NCBI GenBank assembly: GCA_043228905.1
Contig: JBHGNT010000006.1
Location: 19,902,001-19,966,000, forward strand
Direction: 5' to 3'
DNA: 64,000 nt
Source of the DNA: Azolla caroliniana
Taxonomy: Eukaryota > Plantae > Polypodiophyta
In this document: positions 39,342 through 52,259 of the stretch, piece by piece
How the letters are laid out: every line of letters begins with the position of its first letter
How positions within the stretch are numbered: the stretch's first letter is position 1
Notes under the pieces: generated by a model
What the model was told of the DNA's origin: nothing
What the model saw: only the letters and a program-made list of their open reading frames with translations
The model's database searches: none
Program-made: the position numbers and the translations under genes

Positions 39342-42182
39342 AACAACCTTGAACATAAAGGTTGTAATAGCCTTTGAAAGAATTAAGAGAGGTAAAGCAC
39401 GTACTATCCTTCAAATTATATTTGAAAATGTGAGTTGTATGCCCCTCACAGACACTATGCTTGAAAAGCATGTGGCAGAATCTTTGCATGAAAGAGAAGG
39501 TACAAAAGATTGAATCCATGAAACTGAAATATGCAATGAAACAGCCTTCAATGTAAAGGTTGCAACATCCTTTCTGAATGATTAGGACAAATAAAAGAGA
39601 TGTCAAAGTGAAGGGCTGATAAGATTCTCCTCTTTCCTCTCATCCTAATGCTAGTAATTCCACTCGAGGCATATGAGAGTTGAGGGGATAGACAGACAGA
39701 AATAAAGATGTATTAATGTCTACTACTAAAGGCCAAAGGGGGTCTATGAGACAAATCAAGATTATGAATATGAATAAAGTCATGTTGTCAATACTGAAAC
39801 GAAAATAAAAGCTCTAGATTTCTTAAGATTCATGATAATGATCTTAATGCGTTGGTGGCATGCAGATCAGACATGACGAGCAATGATATCCATGGTCTGG
39901 TGATGATATGGTCCCATGTAACATATCCTGCTACCTGCTGTCTCCATTGTCATCGGCATTCCTTAACGCTCTCTATGATGATCCTTTGGTGTGTTGTCAG
40001 TGGAGGTGTGGGGCTATGGAAGAATTCAGTGATGCACGATTGTCGTCGCATCTTGTCCTAGTATAATGGTTGAATCACCTATGTATTTGAAGTTCGAGCA
40101 AGTTTTGGCCAAAGAGTCATAGATCGGCCCTTCCCATCATTTGTCAAATGGTGATGAAGTCCACGTATATAGGGTGATATACTTTAGCCCAACGTTTCTT
40201 TATTTCAGCTATGATATTGTCTAAGCTCTTGACATCACTTTCTTTTGCTAGGGAGAGTTCTACATTACTCCTCGTAGTGCCTTTTACCCTGTCATTTTGT
40301 CAACTTGGCTTCATATTCTCGAGGTTAAGGTCAAGTTCGCCTTCTTCATCATTAGTAATTTTCACCTTGATCGCTTCAAATTCAGTTCGAACAAATTTGA
40401 TATATTCTTCAAAGGATGGAGATTTGACGTTGTAAGGCATTCATCAAATAAAATTTGACCTAATAAAATTGGGAAGTGTTTTCTAAAGGTTCATGAAACG
40501 TCCATCCAATGTTTCAAGACTTAATGCGTGTGTAGTTTATGTGTCTATGTGTAGTTGTGTAGTTGTGTGGGTGGCACTTGAGGGATAGAATAATTACTTG
40601 TGCGTTAGAGAAGAAGAGAAAAAGAACTCCAAAAAATACAAACATTAGCTGAAACAAAAAACCCTAAAAAGGAAGAAAAACTTCTAAAACTAAGACAAAG
40701 AAACCATAAAAGTGCAGCCAGAATGAAACCCTAAGGTTCAGCAAGAACAAAACCCTAAAAATTCAGTACAAAGGAAACGCTAAAAGCACAACAAAGCAAA
40801 ACCTTTAAAACTCAGCAGAATAGGATTTAGTCAATTTGAACATCCAATACATATTGCCAAACCCCATCACTCTTAGCAAGGGTTTTGGATCGGCATGCTT
40901 TAGGCTACCACCAATTGTCTATGAAAAAGGTTGTTTTGGTTTGCAATAATATGCTAATTAAATGTCTTTGTCAAATGTGATCAACATAAGGATCTTGATT
41001 TGTTGGAGACAATATATGGTGATGCACATCAGAGTTTCAAGAACTACCTCATACATGCTTCAACAACAATTTTAAGGCAGAATTAAAGCCCAACTTATGG
41101 AATTGGAGGATATCCAGATGGTTTGCAACTGAAGATATATGCATTTAGGATACTTCTATGTTGATCAAGAGTACAGTTTACTTTCAGCCAATATCCTGAC
41201 AGAATGGCTATCAGAAATTTAAACAATTAAGGGTGCTCTTTTTGTTGTTGTTAACTTATCTCTAAAATCTAATGATGTGCAAGATATGTCCATAATCTTA
41301 GGGCATCAATGGATTTGTGGAGCCTTCGTGGAGAGTCTCATAGCTTTAGATCAATCCAAAGAATTTTTTTTGCAAGTCAAGAACACACACGTGGTGCAAA
41401 GAAAACATTGAAATTTCATCCATGTCGATAGAGTCCCGTTTCCATGGATGAATGTGTAGTATATTTATTCTTTATAGCTTGGCACATTTGTATACTAGTT
41501 TAAATTCGTAGTTTGTGTGAGTTTGCATGAATGAGCCGTCTCTACACATCTGACTCATTCTGACATAGATGCACTAATGTACTGATGAATTTCAGCTGCT
41601 ATGTTTGCACTAATGTAATGGCTATGAACCTTTAAAAGCTTTGTTCATGCATGCATAGCCACCGGCTGAAGTAGTAGTGATGGCTAACAAAGCAGGGAAA
41701 CATAAAAGTATGGGGTGTTCCTTTTGTAGGAGAATTATACGGTACTGGAAGACTTCCAAGAGATATGGCTTACTCTCCAAAATATGAAAGGATTTTGGCA
41801 AGTAAGCCCTCTCTCATGGAATCAACTAATCTAATCTTAACCGAATCAAGTAGAGTTTTCATGAAACAATGCCAGCTTCATTGGACAAGTAGACATGGAG
41901 GGTGTGGTTATTTGTCTTGTTGATGTACTGTGGCTAGCTGTAAAAGCATCATATGTAAGGAACAAAATCATACTTTTTTCTCATCATTTTCTATTTTTTC
42001 ATACATGAAACGGTCTCGGGAAGAAGAAATTCCTAAATCATGGAAATTCATCATACAACCAACAAGCTTCAATAGTTTGTCGATTTCTCTGTCCCAACAT
42101 ACACCCTGAAACCTAGTCGACTGTAAGGTTCTCTAACAGAGATTTAAATTAATGGGCAGAAATTTATGCATTAAAGTTAAGA

Positions 42183-44072
42183 ATGGAGGGCATGGAAAGA
42201 CATAATGCCTGTGTGGCCTTAATCAAGGCATGTACAGGGATCAAGGACCTGTCTCGACTTCATGCAGAGATTCTAAGAAATGGATTTTTGCATGGAAAAA
42301 AAGGACACATTATAGCTACCACCCTGATTAGCATGTATGCAAAATGTTGCCTTTTCTCAAAGGCCCAAGAGCTTCTTGAAAACCTTCATATCCAAGATGT
42401 AGTCTCATGGAATGCACTCATTGCAGGGTACATAAAACAAGGTCATGCCCATGAAGCCATAAGATGCTTTGAAAATATGAAGAAAGAGGGCCATGTCCCT
42501 AACCAAGTAACCTTCATATGCATCTTGAAAGCATGTGGGCTTGCAAGGGACAGGTGCAAAGGTAAGCAAATTCATGAAGAGATTGAGAGAAAGGGGTTTT
42601 TGATGATGTTAGAGAAGGAGGTAAATGATAATGTGGTTGTGCTTGGTACTTCATTGGTGGATATGTATGTGAAATGGGGGGATTTGGCTGAAGCCAAACA
42701 AGCTCTAGAAGGGCTTCAACTCCGAAATGTGGTCACTTGGACATCCATCATAGTAGGATATACCCAACAGGGACAATGTTATGAAGCATTCGACTCTTTC
42801 ACACGCATGCAAGCAGAGAGCCTCGCCCCGAATATGATCACTCTCGTTTCTATCCTGAAGGCATGTGGGAACATAGGTCAAATACACAAGGGTAAGCAAA
42901 TGCATGTGAATGGGGGCTTACTAATGAAGAAGGAGAATGAGATTGGCATGCTTGGCTCTGCTTTGATTGCAATGTATGCAAAGTGTGGTGTACTCTCTAA
43001 AGCTCGACAGGTGCTCGACGAGGTTTGTACCGATGATGTGGTTTCATGGAATGCACTTATTTCAGGTTATGCCCATTGGGATCAAGCTCACAAATCAATC
43101 CTCTCTTTTGAACGCATGCGAATGCGTGGCATCTTGCCCGATGCCTTTAGTTTTGCTTGTGTCTTGAATGCATGTGGTGAGACAGGGGATATTAGTAAGG
43201 GTAAACAAATCCATGAAGAGATTAAGATGAATGAAAACCGGATGTTAGAGAAGGATGTGGTGCTTGGCAATGCTTTGGTGGATATGTATACCAAGTGTGG
43301 TTCTTTAGAAACTGCAGAAAAGGTGCTCAAAGAGCTTCCGATCCGAAATGTGGCCTCGTGGAATGCCCTCATATCAGGATATGTTCGGCATCAGCGGTAT
43401 CATGAGGCATTTGATTGGTTCGAAAAGATGAGAAGTAGTGAGAAGGGCTCCTCAAAACCTGATGCCATTACATTCCTTTGCATCTTGCAAGCATGTGGGA
43501 GCATAGGGGCCATTCATAAGGGGAAACAAATACACAATGAGCTTGTTTCCAAGGGCTTTCTCAAGAATAATATCAGCCTTGGCAATGCAGTGGTCGACAT
43601 GTATGCACAATGTGGTATGCTTGCCATAGCACATCAAGTGCTCGAGGAGCTTCCTATTCGAGATGTGGCTTCTTGGAATACACTAATGTCCACATACGCC
43701 CACAAAGGGCAAACCCATGATGTCTTGTATTGTTTTGAGCACATGCGAAGTGAAGGCTTGTCTCCAAATAAGGTCACATTCACTAGTGTTTTAAGTGCAT
43801 GCGGTCGTTCAGGACTCTCTAAGGAGGCTGAGTCACTCTTTAGCTATACCACCAAAAGATATGGTGTTATTCCGAATATAGAGCACCATAATTGCATGGT
43901 CGCTATTTTAGGGTGTGTTGGGCATTTCAGTAAGGCAATGTCATTAATGAAGTATACACAATCTTTGGATAATATGGTTCTCTGGGTTACATTGTTGGGT
44001 GCGTGTAAAAAATGGGGGAATGTGGAGCTCGGGACATTGGTATTTGATCAAGTTTTGCAATTAGACAATTGA
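42183..44072 (+). CDS. PLS-class PPR protein with truncated E domain (~17 motifs)
   Basis: 629-aa ORF ending WVTLLGACKKWGNVELG...QLDN*, where the paralogs continue into E2. Confidence 0.9.
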   Translation: MEGMERHNACVALIKACTGIKDLSRLHAEILRNGFLHGKKGHIIATTLISMYAKCCLFSKAQELLENLHIQDVVSWNALIAGYIKQGHAHEAIRCFENMKKEGHVPNQVTFICILKACGLARDRCKGKQIHEEIERKGFLMMLEKEVNDNVVVLGTSLVDMYVKWGDLAEAKQALEGLQLRNVVTWTSIIVGYTQQGQCYEAFDSFTRMQAESLAPNMITLVSILKACGNIGQIHKGKQMHVNGGLLMKKENEIGMLGSALIAMYAKCGVLSKARQVLDEVCTDDVVSWNALISGYAHWDQAHKSILSFERMRMRGILPDAFSFACVLNACGETGDISKGKQIHEEIKMNENRMLEKDVVLGNALVDMYTKCGSLETAEKVLKELPIRNVASWNALISGYVRHQRYHEAFDWFEKMRSSEKGSSKPDAITFLCILQACGSIGAIHKGKQIHNELVSKGFLKNNISLGNAVVDMYAQCGMLAIAHQVLEELPIRDVASWNTLMSTYAHKGQTHDVLYCFEHMRSEGLSPNKVTFTSVLSACGRSGLSKEAESLFSYTTKRYGVIPNIEHHNCMVAILGCVGHFSKAMSLMKYTQSLDNMVLWVTLLGACKKWGNVELGTLVFDQVLQLDN

Positions 44073-45760
44073 TTTGCTACAACATGCAACACACCATCAA
44101 TCTCTAAATGATTCAGAGGTTACATGATCTTCCATCAGATAGACTTTAATATTTTCCAAAGTGCTTTAAGTGCCATATCAATTGGAGGGCATCTTATACA
44201 TATTAACATTCTATGATGGGCTTTTCACCTCATATAGTGGGATCCCACTAGTAACAAGTGTTACTACTAAATAACATGAAAGAAAATAGTCAATGCATTT
44301 GCTCGCTTCAGCACAAAAATAAAGTCTAATTCTAACATATATACATTAGGTACCACTATAACGTGAGGCTGAAGATGTGGATAATAAGACTTTTAGACAA
44401 GTCACGTGTTGAAATTTTAAATTTTAGATGTAGGACATGTTATGGTTATGGGTGGGCCCATTCACATGTAAGATTAAATTAAATAATGCCAATACATGGA
44501 AGAATGTCCCCAAACTCGAAGAAAATGATGTCAAAAGGCTTGACTAGCACGAGAAGAATCCTCAAATGCCATGCAAAAACTAAACCCTCTAAGAATTTGG
44601 CAATAGTGGACATCAAAACACATTATAAAGTGATAGAAACAAACATAGAAAACACACTGCAACTATTCGCTCTCATCGCGTAAGCAAAGAAACATATAGT
44701 TGAATTTGTCCTCCAAGTAGGTAGACTTTGCTAGAAGACAAATATAGCCCATGAGACGAATAAGAGTCCGATTGGTCACAAAAAATGAGCAGGAGGCAAC
44801 AAAACATGACTTTTGAACCTAGATCAATATACAAAGCAATCTCCTACTGCCATAAGTAAAGAGAGAGAGAAAAGTACATACATCAAACACAAGGTAAATG
44901 CAAAGCGCTTCCCATATCCAGACAGATGGTGAAGGGTTTGAAAGATGCTCAGGATTCTAAGTGTTCCGATCAGAACACTTTGAAAGCATCACATGTTCTT
45001 TGCCTTTGTGTCTAAATCAGTTCAGAGTGAGCTTTTACACAATCGGTCTTCTAGGATTTGGGATTGGTCATCGAGGAGGTGTCTTGTGACTCATCTGCAG
45101 AGTATATTATCGAGGTATACCAAATACATTAGATTGATATTTTGAAAGGATTATCAGGAAGCAAGTGAAAACACATTGTTGAGAGAACACAAAAGCTATA
45201 CAATATAAGCAAAGTCGCTATTAAATATGAAAGCCTATAGCTTAAATGCATATCAACATATTGATGGCACACTTTTCATTAATCACTTCTACACTACAAA
45301 AATTTAAACAGAATTACATGATATATGATATAGTTTAACTGGTAGGCAAAAACACTTTTATATTAAAAACCTCGATAAATTAACATATGTTTATTTCACT
45401 AACATTAGTTACTTAAATTGCTTTCAAAACTTTTTATTTTATTTTATTTTCCTCTAGCATTCCCTTCACATCAACTACATCCACACATAAACAGATTATG
45501 TACAAGGAAAGTAGCCAAGGAAAAACAATGAGAACACATCACTATCATTCAGTGAGAAGAACACTAAATTCAACCAAAATAATGCGATGAAATTTGAGAA
45601 ACTATATTACATCCATAGAAACCTAATTTTAGGCTCTCTACACCGACCAAAGACATCGCAACATAACCCAAATGAAGTCAAAGAGAGCTCTGTTCAATTA
45701 ATCTCATACCCGATTTGCCATAAATGAATTGATCGGTATCAACCATAGGGAGCCTCTTCT

Positions 45761-46342
45761 TCAACTACCTTGAGCTTGAGATCCGTGGCCTCCACCAGTA
45801 TTGGCAGACATTTGATAGGTAGATTGGACATATTGTTGTTGAGGATACATATAGCCACCTGATGGTGGTTGTTGAGCCATATGCATATGCCCACTTGAGA
45901 TCCCATTAGAACCTCCTCCATCTTTGCCAACCACCACTGGATCTCCTTGCTTTGCTACAGTAGACCTCTCCCCTTCAAACTCCCTATACTTGTGAAGATA
46001 AACTTTTAGTGGCTCAATGTAATCCTCAAACCCCAAAGTGCTCATGGCCCATAACAGATCATCACCATTTACCGTTTTTCTCTTCTCTCTCTGACACTTA
46101 TCTGATGCCTCTCCAGTTATGAAGCTTATGAATTCAGAAACACATTCTTGGAGAGTCTCTTTAGCATCTTTTGATATTTTGGCATTAGCTGGTAAAGCTC
46201 TCTTCATGATTCGGCTTACATTTGCGATGGGCAATAGTCGGTCTTGTTCTTTGATGCTATCACTTCCTCCATGATGTCCACCTGAATCATCATCAGACTG
46301 ATGACTGTCCGGGCTACCTTGGCGGTAGTTATTTGCCGCCAT
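45761..46342 (-). CDS. NF-YB: Nuclear factor Y subunit B (HAP3), non-LEC1 type
   Basis: [16 protein letters not shown]...[25 protein letters not shown] histone fold. The ATG at 46342 follows a TTGTAG acceptor, so there is a probable 5'UTR intron with an upstream exon near 48400-48500. Confidence 0.95.
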   Translation of the reverse strand: MAANNYRQGSPDSHQSDDDSGGHHGGSDSIKEQDRLLPIANVSRIMKRALPANAKISKDAKETLQECVSEFISFITGEASDKCQREKRKTVNGDDLLWAMSTLGFEDYIEPLKVYLHKYREFEGERSTVAKQGDPVVVGKDGGGSNGISSGHMHMAQQPPSGGYMYPQQQYVQSTYQMSANTGGGHGSQAQGS

Positions 46343-48028
46343 AAATCTACAACAAGCATGAGCCAATTTCTAAAATTCAAATATATAAACATTGATGGCA
46401 TCATAGCATATATTGCACTCTAAAAATTTTAGCAGTTGAGAGTTTGAGTCTCATGCAATGGGCTTTTATGTTACAGTCATTATAAAAACTCATCCTAATA
46501 TGCTTGGAGTTAATCCTCTATCTTTTGCTTGTCCTTAACGGGATGAAATGAAAATTCATACAGATGCTGCATGGCTGTTGTTAGCTAGTGTCATGAGACA
46601 TTTCTGGTTAGCTCCTATAACAAGCAAACCCCTCATTTTGTGTTACGAAGATATGCTGCTCTCATTGTTGTTTCAGATCATGCCTCGTTAATTTGATCCT
46701 AGTAAATTTTAATAACTACATTGATGCTGCCACATTTCCACAATAACAAAGAGTGAAAAGGATAGCATTGCCCAGTAGGAGACAATAATAATAGGCAGTG
46801 GTTAATGCTCACCAAATGGCCATTTTCCGATGTTTTGTTATAACTTTCGACCATTTTCTATGATTGAGGTTTTAAAAAATTCCCCCAGCTCTATAGCAGA
46901 ATTGAACAATTCACTTGCCAAAGGAAATTCGTCTATACTTGTAGTATTTCATAGGATATAAATTCCACCAATGATTTGTACTCGGGTGAGTCCTTTAGGT
47001 TCCAAACAGTAAAACACTGCATCATCATCACTGCCTGATGCTCTTTTTCTCTCCAAATCTCAAGATTACCTAAATTTTCAAACCTGCTTTTTCTCAAAAA
47101 CTCTAAATTTTCTAAAATTATAATCACATATATAGACATCCAGGATATTCATCATCATCCAAATTACCACAATGTCATGTGGAGCCGTTTTTCTCTCTCA
47201 AAAGTGCCTGAATTTCTATATAGACTGTAGGATCATCGTCCCAATCATCCTTCAATGCCATAAGAGATGGGTGGAAACTTTTCTTGACACTCAAAACCCC
47301 TAATTTACTATAATCCAATGCTTTACCGTAGAAACCTTAATAAAATAAGTAAACTAAGGTATAATCATCATCATTATGAGCAGAGTATTTGGTTCAAAAC
47401 CCTTAAATTACCATAATGCCATGTCACAATGAAAAGCCCGGTTTTCGCTTAAAGACACTAATTTAATTTCCTAATCACAGTTTCAGGATTCATACATGAT
47501 GAAATGGGTTAATAAAAATTAAATTTTTTTAAGAGAAGAGAAGGATTTTTCACGTGCTTATTATTTATGAGGAAATGGAGGTCTCTAAATTTAGGCTTTT
47601 TAACAGAAGAAATATGTTTATCTAATGATTTAGTCATGAGAAATTTGGTGTTTAATACTTTAGGTATTTAGTTTTTTGCGAAAAAAGGGCGTTTCTGCAC
47701 GACATTAATAAGCAATTAGGGTCTCTACATGACATTAATATGTGATTAGAATTTCAACATGAAATTATTTTATGTGATTGATGTTAAGCAATATATACAT
47801 ACACTATTGTAATATGGACTAAGTGTATGAGCTGAAAAAGTTTAATAAAATGTAAAAAAACGGTAAGCTAAAAAAAAGAAAAAAAGCTACATGATAAGTT
47901 CAAAGACATCCAAAAATCTGTGCCTGGGTAAATAAGGATAATAAAAGCACTGAGGATTTTATATAGGAAAACAGTTAACAGCATTCAAAACAGAGCAATG
48001 GGGTTAAGGATTGTTCAAAACAACCAAC

Positions 48029-48069
<41 letters not shown>

Positions 48070-48180
48070 TTACCGTCTTCTAAGACCAAATTTGGCGCAT
48101 GAGACAAATGATTACAAATTACAATAATGGGCATGTGCACCCAATCATCCAAAATTTAAAATCAATACAATAAACATAAA

Positions 48181-48213
<33 letters not shown>

Positions 48214-48356
48214 AAGAAAGATATATTAACGTCTTTCTAAGGCCAAAATTGGCCCATGAGAAAGTAAGTAAGCTGAGAAATACATGGCAAGTAGTGACAA
48301 AAAGATACAAAACAGAGTAATGGGGGTAGAGGAGAACTTGAATGGAAAACAATGTA

Positions 48357-48389
<33 letters not shown>

Positions 48390-48596
48390 AAGAAGGAAGA
48401 ACCTTATTTAAGTAGAGACAGAGAGACAGAGAGACAGAACGATGAGGATTTGAAGGCCCAGATCGAATCCGACGGTGGCCTCCCCCTGTTCTTTCAAAAG
48501 GAACCCAAAATCTATGACATACTCATTAACCAAAAAAAGAACAAATAAAACGCTCACAATGGATGTGTTGGGGGAGATGAGATGTATATGTATATA

Positions 48597-48629
<33 letters not shown>

Positions 48630-48782
48630 TGTCTGTCTATTATCTCTCTATACCATACATACATACATACATACATTACACAGAGACAGAGAATGGATAG
48701 GGTTAGCATGACCCCCCCCCCCACCACCATAGCCATCCCTCCCTTTCACACTTGTCCGGACAAAACCAAGAATCCAGTCATT

Positions 48783-49420
48783 CATTCCATCGCATCGGCC
48801 AGAAGTCGTCGGGTGCCCCCCGCCCCCATCCATCCATCCGCATTCGCACGAACCGAACTGATTTCGCAGTTTCAGGGTTTGGTTTGGTAGGGTTTGGTTT
48901 GGTTCAATTTAGGCTTGAGCTTCCTTAAGATTTCGCAGTTTCAGGGTTTGGTTTGGTTCAATTTAGGCTTGAGCTTCCTTAAGATTTCGCAGTTTCAGGG
49001 TTTGGTTTGGTTCAATTTAGGCTTGAGCTTCCTTAACCGGCTTGGCATGGCTCAAGCCGAACCGAACCGATTCGGGCCAAACCAGTTAAGGCTAACCGGG
49101 ATGGCTAACTTGGTTTAGGCTTAATCGGTTAGCCTTAACTGGTTTGGTCCGAATCAGTTCGGTTCGGCTTGAACCATCCCGAACTGGTTAAGGAAGCTCA
49201 CGACTAAACTGAACGAAACCGTGAAACTGTGAAATCAGTTCGGTTCGTGCGAATGTGGATGGATGGATGGGGCAGGGGACCCGAGAACTTCGGGCTAATG
49301 CAATGAAACTGGTTTAGGAACCGATTTGGTCCAAACTCCCAAACTGGTTAAGGCTTAACCGGTTTGGTTTGGACAAGGCCAAACCGGTTAAGCCGAAACC
49401 AAACCGTTGTTGTTTTCTAG
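48783..49420. mobile_element. Foldback/long inverted-repeat element with internal ~55-60 bp tandem triplication
   Basis: 48825-48880 is the inverted copy of 49215-49272; 49031-49097 pairs with 49127-49192; GATTTCGCAGTTTCAGGG occurs three times; a further hairpin lies at 49352-49394. Confidence 0.8.
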
Positions 49421-50539
49421 TTGAATCATTGCCACAGAAAAAAGAAAGGAGCAAGATTGGATATCCACAACATCTTCTTGCATTACAATGCCCCTTCATT
49501 ACAAGGAATCGAGGATTTGATAGCTATCGTATCTTCCTCTATGGCAATCCTCGATTCCTCTCGACAAAAAAACTAGGGTTGGGTAGCTCCCACATCTTCC
49601 TAATTGACAAAAGCCTTATTTGTGTGCAACCAAAAGTGTATCCCTTCCCTTGATTCCTTCTTTTACGCTCCTTTACCACCTTCCAAATTCAATCTCAGGA
49701 CACTCATTTCATTGTATTTCTCCCCATATGCGAAATGCACCTTGGGGTATATATGACATAGAAGTAGACTATTCATTTCACTACATTTTTTTTTATTGTG
49801 GTGGGTATCCACACACAAATTTGGTGGTTAAATCCCTATTGGTTGGATGAATGTCATGAATTCATTGAAGAAGTATTTTCCGACATCATTGGAGCAAAGA
49901 CTTTGGATCTTTTAACCAATCACTTTCTTGATAAAATTGTTGAATTTCATTAGCGTGTAAATTCTTCACTCTTTTCACCAACTAGTTAAGGGCTACATGT
50001 GATGAGAGTGGTTAATGAAGGTAACATAGTACCAACATTCGTTGAGTGTTGTGGTATTTGCAAGTCACCACATATCCGAGTGAATGATGTTGGCCAAGAG
50101 TGAATGTTGGCATGTTTCACACATGTCATTCATATGCTTCCTTTTTAAGATTGAGAATATTATGTTAGCAATTTCCTAGATTCTAAATATTTATGTGGCT
50201 AATTCATATGTTCCACATTTTGATGTTGATCACATTCCTTTGCCAATTGGCAAACATCAATAATTTCAACTTGCTTTTAGCGAGGAAAAACACATAGCTT
50301 TCTGTTTGACAATGAGCAACTACTTTACCTTTATCCTCGAGTTTTTCAATGAAACACCCATGCGACTTGAAGAATAATTACATTCCTTGCTCCACACTTT
50401 TTGTAATGGACATGACATCATCATAATCACGTGAATATGCAATATGCTCTTAATGCAGTCCCAATGTTCGCTATTTTTCTTGAACGGAGCATAATTGATG
50501 TGCTAGATTGGGTGCTTATGGTCATTACTTTGTCTCTAT

Positions 50540-52110
50540 GTATTTAGGTCAACCAGACGTCAACAAAATCACGAAACCACTCACATTGATTGGTCATGTG
50601 GTTTGATGGGACCCGAATCAACAAGCCACACATTAGACTTCGTTTGTGTGCCAACACGGAGTTGGCTTTTTGCAACTCATTCCAAAAGAGAATCAAGTTG
50701 TAGTCAGCATGCTTGTAGCTGGTAGTATAATCGGCGACTCTGTGAACTTGTGGCTTGCCACGGATAATAGTTCCGAGTGTGTAATGGTAGTAAAAGGGGG
50801 ACATGGAGCGATACTCTTGCTTGTGCTCCAGGGTGAGGTGGGGGCGACTCACAATAGGCGGGACACAACGCTATAGAATGATTGATTGATGAATGGATGG
50901 ATGGATTGGTAAGGCCTCTCTTTGGCCAAGCTAGATATAGAAGAAGAAGAAGACACAAATCGCCAATAAAGTATAGAATGTTGGAGACGATTTATGTCAT
51001 TGCCAATACAAGACCAGGCCAACATCCTCCATGGAATTAGGGGCGGATGGGCTATGAGATCTGAAATCATTAATGCTTTTTTGATTAGGGAAGCTACTCA
51101 TCAAAGGACGACAACGAAGAAATGGATAGGCTAAAAGGAGGAGGGCTCTTTGCTCCCAAGAGGTATGGACACACCGGACAGGATTGAAGGCTCTGAACTG
51201 CAAGACAACGAGGCATCAACACAACGTAAGGCAATTTGAGTACTAGCAAGGAAGCAAACCTATCCCTTTCTTTCAATTCACAACTAGATTGGGTCGCCAT
51301 ATTATAGCCGCTCAATTTGCTCGAGATCTGGCTGTTGCAAAGGTCTGGAAAACATATCATGTTCCTAACACAATTATCACCAAGTTTTGGCAGAAACCCT
51401 GGAAACACCAACATGCGAGGCGAATCACCACTTTCCAATGGCTATTAGTATATAAGTCACTACCGGTTGGTGCGTGGCAGCGTGGGAACCTCAACTCTCC
51501 TAATCGTGTAGCGTGTCCAACTATAGTAGAATCAATATGACACGCTCTATGGGATTGCCCAGAGTCCCATCGAATATGGCGGGGGGTTGGCCGCTTATTG
51601 CAATTATGCCAGGTGCAAGGCTCAATCAAGTGGGGGAATGTATGTTGGCTATCATGGCAGGCCCCAGTTGACAGATATGAGCATCAGGAAGAGGGGATGA
51701 CTTTGGTTATAAAAGCACAAGAGTTTTTTTTTTTCTCCACCATCGACAATGTCCACTCAACTCCTATCAATGCCAAAATTTCAACTTGTGTTGGAATTGA
51801 TTGGTCAGCCCAATAACTCTTTGGATTCTATGGAAACAACGGTGTAGACGGGTCTTCTCCAAGCAAACCGTGCAGCCAACAGTGTTAAATGCAAGAGAGA
51901 TATGGAGTGAAGTGGTAGGCACTTTAAAAGAGCCAATTATGATGGCCTCAAGGGTGATTCCGATGGAGTTGAAAAGACAACGACTACTAGCCGTCATCCA
52001 ACAATGGGCGTCCTCCCCCTTTTTTATTGAGTCGATGGGCATCTACATAAGATGGACCTATCGTGTGTCCCCCCTACAAAGCAGGGATTTGTATATACTG
52101 ATCTCAATCC
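50540..52110 (+). mobile_element. Degraded L1-type LINE ORF2 3' part (RT C-terminus, zf-RVT)
   Basis: RLKGGGL, TFQWLLVYKSLPVG...ESI*HALWDCP...IW, LWILWKQRCRRVF. Confidence 0.8.
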
Positions 52111-52259
52111 GTAAAATTTTATAACTAATGGAATGGAAGGAGCTTGTTTTCGGAAAAGAAAGGAAGAAAAGACACAAATCGCCCACAAAGGGAGGGAGGG
52201 AAGAAGAAGATGAAGGTTTTTTTGGGTTCTATGGCCTTCTTCCTCTTTGGACTTGGGTA

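Noticed and set aside
45761-46342. LEC1-type NF-YB
   Set aside because: It has KISKDAKE rather than the LEC1-diagnostic Asp (KISDDAKE).
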